Source of the DNA: Blasia pusilla
Lineage: Eukaryota
Direction: 5' to 3'
NCBI GenBank assembly: GCA_050084515.1
Contig: CM114271.1
Coordinates: 17,422,001-17,486,000, forward strand
DNA: 64,000 nucleotides
In this document: positions 38,543 to 49,941 of the stretch, in pieces
How positions within the stretch are numbered: position 1 is the stretch's first letter
Layout: every line of letters starts with the position of its first letter
The notes under the pieces: model-generated
Database searches by the model: none
What the model saw: only the letters and a program-made list of their open reading frames with translations
Told to the model about the DNA's origin: nothing
Position numbers and translations under genes: made by a program

Positions 38543-41500
38543 ATGGCAAATCTAAATGCGTTTGAGGACTTTTTCCGTCGAGCGGATTTGGACAAGGATG
38601 GCAGGATTAGCGGGGCCGAGGCAGTCGGATTTTTCCAGGGAGCCAACTTACCACAAGTTACGTTGGCAAAGGTGTGGAACATCCTCCTTAATTTTTTAAG
38701 CATTAGAAACAATATGCGTCATGTAAAACTCACGTCTCATAAGTCAGCATCGGAGGCGCGCACTTGACTGACCTGCACTCACTAAGCGACGACACAAGTG
38801 AATGGAGGGAGTGGTAGGGCGTGAGGATGCATGGGAGATATAGCGCGAACCATATAAGGTGGATTAAGGATAATACTACGAATTTCTATGGGACTGCCTG
38901 ACTTTCTTGTAAGGAGTTGTGGTAGAAGTGCGAGAAACACCTAGTCGTATTCGCAGGTTGACGTGCTCGTGCTGAACTGTGGGATTTTTTATGGCTCGCA
39001 GATATGGCAGATTGCGGATCAAGGACAAAATGGATTTCTTTCCAAGCCCCAGTTTTTCAATGCTTTGAAGCTTGTGACAGTCGCTCAGTCGGGAAGAGAC
39101 CTCACACCTGAAATTGTACGAACAGCCTTGACTGGACCCGTTGCTGCACAGATCCCCCCACCTCGAATAGTGACTCCCGGGCCTCCACCTTCCAGCTATG
39201 GGGCGCCATCAGTGTCTCCTCAGGTACAAACTGGTTTCTCGAATCAATTCGCATCTTCTACAGCAGCTCCTCAAAGTCGATGGTCTTCTCAACCCTCTGC
39301 TTTGCCTGGGAATGCACCGATAGCGCCTCCTGTGATTCCCAGACCTGGTTCAGCATCGGGACAGCGACCTTCGACGGGGTTTGGCCAAGATGCGTGGCCT
39401 TCTGTTAAGTCGACAGGTCCTTCCCCTTCAGTCCATGGCCCATCGCAAGCTCCTGCAAGTGCTGCTGCATCGGTGCCAGGTTTTCAGGTTGGTCAAAGCT
39501 TTGCAGCTTCCTCACAGGGGAAGATTAAGGAGGACGCATTCGGTGGGCTAGGACTCGAAACAGGTAAATTCTGGGCTGAGGATGGCTATGGTGGCGACGG
39601 AGCGTTCCGAGCAGAACCTGTGGCAACCAAGGCACTGGCACCAATTGGTATTCCCTCAAGAAATGGAAGTAAGGAATCCCAAACAGCTTTTGCAACCACC
39701 CGTCCGTCTGTGACACCTCTACCAGCGGCCTCTGGACCGGGATTTACTGCTCCTTCCGCAAGCTTAGGTATGGGTGGGCCTTGGCCCCGAATGACCGAGT
39801 CTGATGCACAACGTTATACACGAGTGTTTGCCGAGGTGGACACGGACAGAGATGGCAAGATCACAGGCGAGCAGGCACGGGATCTTTTCTTGAGTTGGGG
39901 ACTTCCCAGAGGTAACTCTCCATGTTATCCCAGACAACATGTCGCTTGGTGAAGCTCGGAAGGGGCAATTCCGATGAGAATTTAATGTGTTTGGTCTGTA
40001 GATGCAGTGTCTGTGATATGCTTACTGACCACTGAGCCCCTGATGGTTGAGTAAGAGCCGATGAGCTTTACATTTAACTGGCTTAAGCCAAAGTCATGGT
40101 GGGTATCTTGACTCCTCTGCACAACACATCTTCATTAGGCTCATTCGAGTTACACCAGTCAAGTCTTCATAGTACTGATAAAAACACTGTTTCCTCAGAG
40201 GTTTTGAAGCAGGTGTGGGACCTATCAGATCAAGACGGTGACAGTATGTTGTCTCTTAGAGAGTTTTGTACTGCTCTCTACCTGATGGAGCGGTTTCGGG
40301 AGGGGAGACCTTTACCGCCTGTACTCCCTACAGGCTTCCACTTTGACGACCGTCAATCAGAAATATGGCCCTCTGCAGTTGCCTCACAAACCGAGCAAGG
40401 ACGTATGCCTGTTTCACAGCATTCTGCAGGGTACAATGTTCCTAGCTGGCAACAGAATCCAGGTACAAAGATGCGACCCTGCTTTGGATAGCATCAGTAT
40501 TAGACTATGAACGTCAGATGTAACCTCTTGCTGTGCTGGAGTACTTCAACCTTTGTGTGTTAAATTCAAGGAGTAAAACATGACATGAATGGACTCATAG
40601 TATCACAACAAAATTTCTGGGTGATTACCTGATATGATCAATGCCTCATTTCAAGAATTGTTAGTGGTGTTCTAAGCTGACTGTAGAAACATTTTTTGAT
40701 GGGATTTAACATCTGATGGATCTCTTGAACCCAGGAGCACTTCATCCCCCTGGTTCAGGATCCATTGGTCTTCCACGGCAGTATATGTCAACTGGATCAA
40801 TTCCATCACAAGTTCCAAGTGCACGAGGCATTGATCTAGATGCAGGTCAGCCTGTAGTATACAAATCTAAGGCTCCTGTATTGGATATGCATCTCGTGAA
40901 TCAGCTCAACAGGGATGAACAGAATACTCTGAAGGCAAAGCATAAAGATGCTGAAGAAGCAGATAAGAAGGTAAGTTCTTGATGTCTACTTGAGCAAAGT
41001 AAAAGTGGATTGAATTTATGGTGACATAGTTTATGTGTAGTTCAAAGAGTTGTGTCCAGTCCTCAGAAAAAGATATGATAAGACCTCCTCCATCTAGTGC
41101 CCTGTCTTTAACCTATTATACTGAGAAGGAACAAAGATAATAATCTGTCCTCCGGAGCTCACTCAAGAAAATGTGTGAGTTTTACACACTGGTTCTTTAA
41201 ACACACAAAATTCAATCTAAATGATGCCACTACTGGGAATGATGTTGAACCATTAATCTGATTCTTCACTACTTAGCCGTGGACTTCCCTCACATGTGTT
41301 GAGTCTGTTGGAATTTGTTTTCTTTTCATGTGGAGGGAATCCTTGGGTAAGATCTTTGGTTAGAGCAGAACATCCCAAGGATGCATCTTTCTCTTAAGAA
41401 GGCTAGGGAAAACATTGTGAAAAAAATTGTCGCGGTTGACACTTCAGACACATGTACAAGAAACATTTATCTGATCGATGGTTCAGAGCTGCCACTGAAA

Positions 41501-44500
41501 AACTGGGTTGTGATCATGGAATTTTGCAGAAGGCTTTAGGTTCCTGCTTAGCAGATTTCGCCACAGTTTCACTCATTTGGGGTACTTTAGTTATTCTAAT
41601 GGATAAATCTTCGGAGCGTATCAGTACATATCTAGGAAGCCATCAATAGGTCCCAAATTTGGCTTAATTCTGCATTCTGAGAAAGTAATTGATGCAAACT
41701 TACTTGTGTGGACAAGTTCCAGGGTCAATAGGCCTGCCATTCTGGTTAGTAATTCTCAGACTTGAATTGTACTGAACAAGTATAATTTCGGAGTATGCTC
41801 AAAGCTCGTTTCTATTTCAGAGCATTGTATGGTAGGGATTCCTTAAGTTGAGGTGTTGATCCTGGCCTCCAGCTTAGCTTAATTAGAGAGCATGCTTGCA
41901 AATTATTCAGAATTTGACTTGGATTTAGGTGGATAGTCATGAACATACCTGAAACCATGATTTGCTACTTCTTCACAACTTCTTTCACTCAATTTGACAG
42001 GACTTCTTGAACTTTAGGAATTTAGCGTATGATCTCCGTTGAAGTTCTTTTCTGCTGAATTTCCCGCTCCTCAATGCATTCACTTCCCTCCATTAGGGCC
42101 TTACATGGCCAAACATGTAGATTTCTCTTCCTGCTGAACACCTTGATGAATTCAGCTCATGTCCAACAATCATTTGAGATCACAATTCGGTGATTTGGTG
42201 CAAGGCATTTTGCTCAGATTCAGATCAACTTGTGAAATTTCCAGGTTGCTGCGTAGTGTTCTTACATTGTGTGATTATACACTAGTTGGTTTGGGCTTCG
42301 TGACCAAAGAAGTGATCAATGATCTATGTGACGTGGCAGGCCTATCAGTTAGACAAGGAGATCATGGATTACCGAGAGAAAACTGAGTACTATCGCTCCA
42401 AGTTGCAGGAGATAGTAAGCATCGCTTTCATTGGTTGTTTATTCTCTACGTTTGGATTAGTTGAAGATTTTTCGGCTCAGCTTTTCTCTGCCTTGGATCC
42501 GAGCATATTCATATATGGTGTTCGGAAGTGATCCATGAGTCGTAGATTAGTTTTCTGTCCAACTCAAAACCATTATTTTTTGAACATGATGCCAGATACT
42601 GTTCAAGAGCAGATGTGACAACAAGCTTTCTGAAATCACAGAGCGAGCAGCAGCTGATAAACGAGAGGTATCATTGAATTTTCCTCACTTCAAATTTCTC
42701 TTCTATTACTTGGACATGGTCCACCACAGAAAGCTTCCAGTTTGTTTTAAGAAAGTGTTTTGGATGAAGGCTGTAGAAGCATTCAATAGCCAGATTTCAC
42801 TTTGGTACAAGGTCATAAGCAATCTCGGGGAAGTTATTGTGTGTGTGTTTGTTTGTTCAATATTGTAGTGAAATAGAGAGAAGGGATAACATGCCTGAAC
42901 ATTCAACATTGTTGCCAGAATATAAAGAGGTCACTTGTTTAGACATGGGAAAATTTGCATTCTGTGTTTCTGGGACTCTTATGTCAGGTTTGTATCTTGC
43001 AATGAGTCTTGGATGTTTTTTTTATCTGACCTATGAAAAATTCCTGCATCTCGAATAATAGATGGAATCATTGGCCAAAAAGTATGACGAGAGATTTAAG
43101 GCAGCTGGAGAAGTGAACTCACGACTGATGGCCGAAGAAGCAGTGTTCCGTGATATTCAGGTGGGTTCATTTATGGCATTCAAATAAATTAAACATGTTA
43201 GAATCAGTGGTATTATATGGGGTGGATGGATATGTTGACGCAGTGAGGGTTATTCAATTTTTGTCACTGATTGCAATAATTACATATCTTTCTTTATGGG
43301 TACTTCTGACATTACCTGCAGATGTTGGGACTTATGAATATTCTAAGTTGTCAGTATTCAATGTTAAATCTTCAGTTCCTCTATCCTAAGGATGTCAATT
43401 ATTGTCAGATGTAAGGCTCTTTCTGCAGAACCAATTGCCATAGCTTTTGTAACTGGATGATTTTGCCGTGCATAGTTGCTGCTGAACCAATGCATCTGGA
43501 AGCTTATATTTTCCACTCTTAAATGAAAGGAGATTGCTTACTTCGGGAATGGAACTACTCTTGTGCCATTGCAGGAGAAAAAGGTTGAACTCTACAACGC
43601 CATTGCAAAAATGGAACAAGGTGGTGATGCCAATGGGCTGCTTCAGGTATATGGTTCTCAGGGCTGTTAAATAATTATTGTGCAGGTGGAATTCTTTTGT
43701 ACCAACTGTTGTGAATCTGATTTTGATATGCAAGCAATTGGATTGCTAGATTCACATCATTATTGATATCAAGTTGTAAATGGTTGTTGTGATTATTCCA
43801 ACAGAGTAAAGCAGATCGTATATCTTCTGATTTGGTTGAATTGAGAAAAGCATTCAATGAAAGGGGGAGACGCTTGGGCTTGCATGTGAAAGCAATCAAT
43901 CCATCGGAGCAACAATTTGGTCTGTATTCATCTTGAACTGGATATGATGAGTTCCATGGTCAGAGAAGTTGTAGCAGCTAATTGTGGAATGGTTTAAGTG
44001 AAAACATGTGGATATTTCTGCATTTAGCGTATTTGCCATTATTGGTTTTTGGCTTATTATCAGGGTATCTGCACTGGTAGAATTTAGGATTTTAGCCTAA
44101 CATGCCCTGATGGTTTGGTGAACTGTAAGCAGGTTGGCAACCGGGTCTTCAGGAGAATGCTGCAGAGTGGGATGAAGATTGGGATAAATTCGATGACGAA
44201 GGTCTTTTTCATCTCTGCACTTGAATCTCGTATGACTGTATATGGACCTCTTCACAAATTATGGAGATTTAATTCTAAGATCTGTTGTTCTTGTGTGGTC
44301 AAGCACCTGCAGCCCAGAGGACCTGTGGCGATTGCTTCATATTGATGAAAATCAAGGAATGAGACTGAAAATATAATGAAATGTGCAGACATATCAGAGA
44401 CTTTCCTGAAATTCGATTTGATGATGTGGAAAGAGATTGGGCCCTGTAGGGCACAAACATTTTACATCTTATAAACATCATTTTTCCACTTGAAAAGCTT

Positions 44501-46392
44501 GTACAGGGTTATCATGGATGAGGGTACGTCATTCTAATGGATTCCTTTTTTGTGTGCCTTGTGTCAGGATTTGTATCTGTTCAAGATTTTATGGGTGATG
44601 GAACTGGAGGTCCTTTTACAGTGGCCACACCTTTGACAGCTGCAGGCTTGAATTCGAGCAGTCAACTTGAGAATGAGGCTGACTTTGGTTTTTCTCCAAG
44701 ATCAGAACATAAGGTAGCAGTTCAGTCTGAGGATGTATCTGCTCCTGAGCCTGTACCATTTGAACACACCTCTCCTCGAGCTGAAAGTGAGACGTCTGGA
44801 AGAAGTGGAGTTGAGAGTCCAACCACATCTAGCTCTCAAGCTGTCGAAAAAAGCAGCTTTGACAAATCAGGCACTGCAAACAAGGCCAGCCAAAGGTTAG
44901 TGAACTTACAAAGGAACATGGAAGATATCACTATGTATCACACTTGTTCTGACATGCCGATCAGCCATACCCACCTAATGAAGTTTCTGACTGATTTGTT
45001 ATGTAGATATGCAAACTTGGCTGATTCACAAGACCTTGGTGCGGGAGATGTTTTTAATGGTCCAACATCTTACAGCTCAACAACTAACAGGTACAGGTTT
45101 GAAACTATATAGATGGTCAAGTATGAATTTGCAAAAGGAGGAGCTTCTTCAAAATTAATGTTCTGACTCTGGATCTGCTGGGTCAGCTTTGAACAAGGTC
45201 CACCATCATATGATTCCAACGATGCATTTGGTGAAGGAGGTGTGTCATGGTCAGCAGCATTCAGCCATGATGAAGAAGTGGATTCTGGGATTAGAGCATC
45301 GTGGGGCTTACAAAGCAACCCCTCCAGTACTCAGGTAGTGTTGCAGATTGGATTGGGCATGCATGCTACTGACCTCTGTATCCCAACTTGGATTCTTGAG
45401 ATAGTCTGAAGCTTGTGTTTTAAATGATATGCATTATATGAATACACTAGCTTGACATTCAGCTCTCATCAAGGATCAATTGGTCAAGATTTATTTTGGA
45501 ATACAGCTTTGGTCGGGTGCTCTGGGGAATTTGACATCTTATTCAATCAATACCTGCCCACTTTGAACTTGTATTACACCTTGCTCTGGGGAATTTCACA
45601 TCTTATGCAATCAATACCTGCCCACTTCGAACTTGTATTACACCTTTTTTTTGAATAGTTCTGTAGTCATGAGAAGTAGAAAGTCAGGCTGGTCAATTTT
45701 AAGTTGGAGATCTTATTGAGTTCTGAAGGTTTTGACTCCCTATCACTGCCCAAACTGTCGTTGTGCAGGCATCTTTGGATGTGACAGGAAATCGTACATC
45801 TCGCTTTGGTAGAACAGGATTGTCCTCTTCTCATGGATTTGGAGATTCCTTGGATTTTGGGTCCTTGGAAGTTTCAAGTCCTGGTAGAGTTCTTGATGGA
45901 CTATCAAGCCCAGGTCAAAGTCATCGTGGCAATGGTGCTTTCCGTGAATCAGAAGACTATGATGCATTCGGATCACTTGGTTCTAAAGACTTCGACAGGT
46001 CGCCAAGCTTCTTTGGAGGTAGCAATACAATGAGAGGGAACTCTGGTTTTGATAGTCCAAGATCTGGTTTTGGTAGCCCACGTGGTAAGGCTGGATCTGG
46101 GAGTGACCGACACTTTGCAAGATTTGACACCTTTAGTCCTCAAAATAATCCAGCGATGCCAGGAGGAACATTTGGTGAGGAGCAACAAGAGAACAATCAT
46201 GCAGGAGCTGGCAATAACCGCGGCTTTGCCAGATTTGACTCAATCAGCAGTGTAAAGTCCGAAGCTGACCGTGGTAGGGGTGGACTGTTCAGCTCTTTTG
46301 ATGAAGGAGATAATCTGTTTGCAGGTACTGGACCTTTTGGGGCAGCAGGCCATGAGAAGAAGCCAACTGATTACGGCTGGAGTGCATTCTAG
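38543..46392 (+). CDS. EH1: EH-domain (Eps15-homology) protein, AtEH/Pan1-like TPLATE-complex subunit, 14 exons
   Basis: Exons 38543-38671, 39002-39911, 40199-40462, 40735-40970, 42340-42414, 42596-42667, 43062-43160, 43575-43646, 43805-43919, 44133-44201, 44568-44895, 45007-45090, 45187-45334 and 45769-46392. Two EH domains (ADLDKDGRISGAEAV; VDTDRDGKITGEQAR...VWDLSDQDGDSMLSLREFC), a coiled coil (KSRCDN), GWQPGLQENAAEWDEDWDKFDDEG and C-terminal WSAF*. Confidence 0.95.
45518..45646. repeat. 64-bp tandem duplication in intron 13 of the EH gene
   Basis: TGCTCTGGGGAATTT.ACATCTTAT.CAATCAATACCTGCCCACTT.GAACTTGTATTACACCT x2, 3 mismatches. Confidence 0.92.
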
Positions 46393-47688
46393 AGGAAATA
46401 TGAAATGTCTTCACAGACCTAGCCATATTGTGACACCTCATCCGAATTCACAAGTTGCACTCCTTGCCTAAAATGGAATTGTAGTGAACCCTGTCTTCGT
46501 GGCACACCTATGTGGGTATTTTGAGAAGCTACCAGCCTTATCATTTTTTTTGTATTCTTCTATCAAGTAACCTTCTCCTGGTTGATGCCATCTCCGTCAG
46601 ATATTCAGATCTGATCTGACCTAGCTCTGCTTCTTTGAAGGTAACCTGTCACTCACCCACTCTGATTTTGTAACAATTTATACGAGGGTATGGAAATCAT
46701 CCCGGATCTTGTATGTAGTCTCTGCGTATCGTATGGTCAGTAAAGTATCATGGATGAGTTTTGTGTCGTAGGAAGCTACCCGCAAAGAAAAGATTGGAGA
46801 TGTCCTTTCCATTTATGGTCCGATGTACTGAGGAAATTTTCAGTAATATATGGATATATGGCGGCTCTATTTGGAGTCCTTTCTCCTGATATTTTGCAAC
46901 ACATTTTGAAATACTACAGATGACATCCCTTGGTATATAGTAAGAGGTCACTACCGATTTTGTGTTTGCGACGTGCATCGAGTAACTAACAGACTTGTAA
47001 ATATGAAATTCCACCAATAGAAAAGTCGTGGATAATATTAAGACAAAAATATAGGTTCTCAATGAAGTACCTTGACAGCGCACTAATGCACAATGTTCCA
47101 AAACCAATAGGTTTTGATGTCCCACCTTCAAACTACACGGTTGGTAGATTAGAGAGACAAATCAAGCCGATTCTACTTGACCATGCAAAGGAATTGTCCT
47201 ACATTTTGCCCTTCTTTTTATTCATTCTTGACAGGAATTGGTAGAGTTTGTGCTTCTACTAGTTCAGATAGGCAAACGTGGGCGCTGCAAACAGAAATGT
47301 TCTTATCGGAGAGCCTGCGGTAGAAGCACAAACTCTAGCAACTCCTCCAGGTTAAATGGTCCACACCGAAGTGACGAAGTGGTAACCAAGACACACATGT
47401 AATCGATGATTCGCCTGTGAGCAGCGGGACAAGTGTCAAGACGAGGCCCTTGTCATAAGATTGACCTCTTTGGTGGGGCATTGGTGCCAGGAAATTGGCT
47501 CTGGGATCATTGATAACAAAATAAACGGACTTGTAAATTCGGAATCCCAGCTAGAAAACTTGTCCATAACTAATTTTACCTCTTCCACGGAAATCTGATC
47601 TGATACAGGTCGGATATTTCTAGTTGAACATTTTCGATGATGGAAATTTTTTGCTCAAAGTGTTTTACAATATTTTTGGCAATCCTAA

Positions 47689-47820
47689 ACTATACTACTA
47701 TTTGAGGAGTGTTTTCCCGATGGCAACAACCTTATATAACGCCTTACGTAACCGGGCGTTTAAGATGGCATAAATGGGTGTTTAGGGTTACAGGACAGTG
47801 TATCGAACGGTCCTAACTAT
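47689..47820 (+). mobile_element. Degenerate mini-Helitron related to 36316-36516
   Basis: CTATACTACTATTTGAGGAGTGT start, internal GTTTAGGGTT, ...CGGTCCTAACTAT|T end. Confidence 0.55.
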
Positions 47821-48902
47821 TGACTACTAATTGAAGAACAATCATGCCAAGATTTGACACATGTGTCACAATCTTGAAATTTAAGGTGCAAAAAGCTATC
47901 ATAAATAACAGCATACATAGACTTTTCCTTGAATATTTATGATTAAACTCTAGTTTGAATCCCCTCATTTGAAAACAATTTCCCCTTTGCTTTGAAAAGT
48001 TTTTTTGGCCTTTGCCTTCATGGTTTGAGGAAAAATCAATGACCCTCCCCATTTCTAATCAAGTCTTATTATATTAAAAATAAATATTTTATGCCATGAT
48101 TCTCTTATTCTACTTTTTGCCTTCGCTTTGAGTTTATATTCAAGCAAAGATTCTCCTAATTATATTCAAGCTCTAGTGGATCATAGAATGGCCATAAGCT
48201 TACATCATAAGTTGGAGATGTGACACACCTTTGTGACTTGTTTACCTTTTAAATAAAAAAAAGGTCATATTCCCAACCCATATTTATTTTCAAATAAATA
48301 TGAACATGAAAATTTAAATTTAAAATGTGATTCTTATATTTTTTAGCCTCAAGGTTGTAACTTGATTGATTCTTTGAAAAAACCAAAGTGTTAAATATAT
48401 AGGCCCACTAGTCTTCGTTATGGTCCCAATGTCAATAACATAAGATGTGGTGAGGAAAGGGTTCCACATTTTATGATGATAAAATCAGACACAAGTGATT
48501 ATGAAATTGAGTGTCTTAATGATAGCATCATATCATATCATACTATTAAGCGGGTTAGCCCCGGCTAAGAGGCTCCCAATGAACGCCACGTGTGAAGCCT
48601 GTCAGTTTCTCACCTAAGATTTGAATAGAAAAGAAGTTTTAAAATAATTTTTGTCTAAAGATGAATTTAAATTAAAAAAATCGAATCTCAAAATTTTTAT
48701 TATTTTTCCTTATCAGTTCATTTTTTATTTTATAAGTTAAAAATATTATTTCAACATTTAGGAAAAAACGATTTTTTTAATTTCGAGCTAATTTTGGAAG
48801 GGAAATTACATAATACATTAGAAATATGTCATTTAATCTCTTTTGGAAGGGAAAAGATTCATTTTGAGGACACACAATGAATAAAGTTTAATCATTTTGA
48901 GG

Positions 48903-49132
48903 ACTCATTTTGATCCAAAGTTTGTCTCAAAATATTCTTAAAAAATCCCTCGCAACTAAAGCTTGAAATTAAGAATATTTTGAGATTAAATCATGGCATA
49001 AAATATACATGCCATGATTGAATATTGAATAAAATCAAGCATGAGTTTGTCTCAAAATATTCTTAAAAAATCCCTCGCAACTAAAGCTTGAAATTAAGAA
49101 TATTTTGAGACAAACTTTGGATCAAAATGAGT
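48903..49132. repeat. Nested fold-back: perfect 39-bp inverted repeat enclosing a direct duplication and an inner hairpin
   Basis: ACTCATTTTGATCCAAAGTTTGTCTCAAAATATTCTTAA (48903-48941) and its exact reverse complement (49094-49132). Confidence 0.95.
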
Positions 49133-49898
49133 GAATTTGTTTACTAATTGATAAACTTTGAAGACTCCTATCAAATTTCTCATGAATTCATGATTTTTTT
49201 AACTTTACCCTTTACTAAGCAGAAAACAAGAATGGGTAAGGTTTTAATTATAATTAACTCAAATTCAAACATCTTCCCCGATAAAATCTACTAGTGTCTC
49301 TTTCATTTTTTTTAATCTTCCTCATTTGAAAATTTAAAATCATCTTTTCAAGGTTCATGCAAACGAAATTTAAATTTTAGTTTTGAGGGGAAATTAATTT
49401 TACATTTGGGAAAAAATGAAAAGGAGAATAGGACACTAATGGGACAAGAATTATCTCTATATTATTTTTAACTTTCAAGTTAGATTTGGGGGGGAGGGGA
49501 GGGAGGGGGGGGGAGAAGTACCGATTTAATCCCTCTTTTGGGAAAAAAAATTCATCAAAAAAATTTATTTTATTTTATTTATTGGTAGAGGAATAAATAT
49601 TTTTTCCAAAAATTAATAAAAGAAAAAATATGAAAAATTGTCTTGAGCCAACTTAGATATATTATAAAAAAATCGATCTTTTTTTAAAAACTTTTTAAAG
49701 ATTAAACTCCTCTAATTTCACATTATCATCCTCAATATATGAGCTTTTTCATCCCGAATTATTTGATACCCCTCTCATCTTCCATATGTGAGTTTTTTCA
49801 ATCCCAATTATCTCACCTAAAGCATTGCAGGTAAAAAATTATTATTAATAATTAGTTAAAGTCCCAAATATAGTGTAATTTTTTCAGTAACATTTTTC

Positions 49899-49941
49899 TG
49901 TTGTGCCACTCTAATTTTAGCTAAATTAGAGTGGCACAACA
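49899..49941. repeat. Palindrome with 19-bp perfect arms
   Basis: TGTTGTGCCACTCTAATTT-TAGCT-AAATTAGAGTGGCACAACA. Confidence 0.95.

Noticed and set aside
49488-49513. G-rich tract with G-quadruplex potential
   Set aside because: Simple homopolymer-like run inside a repeat, with no evidence of function.
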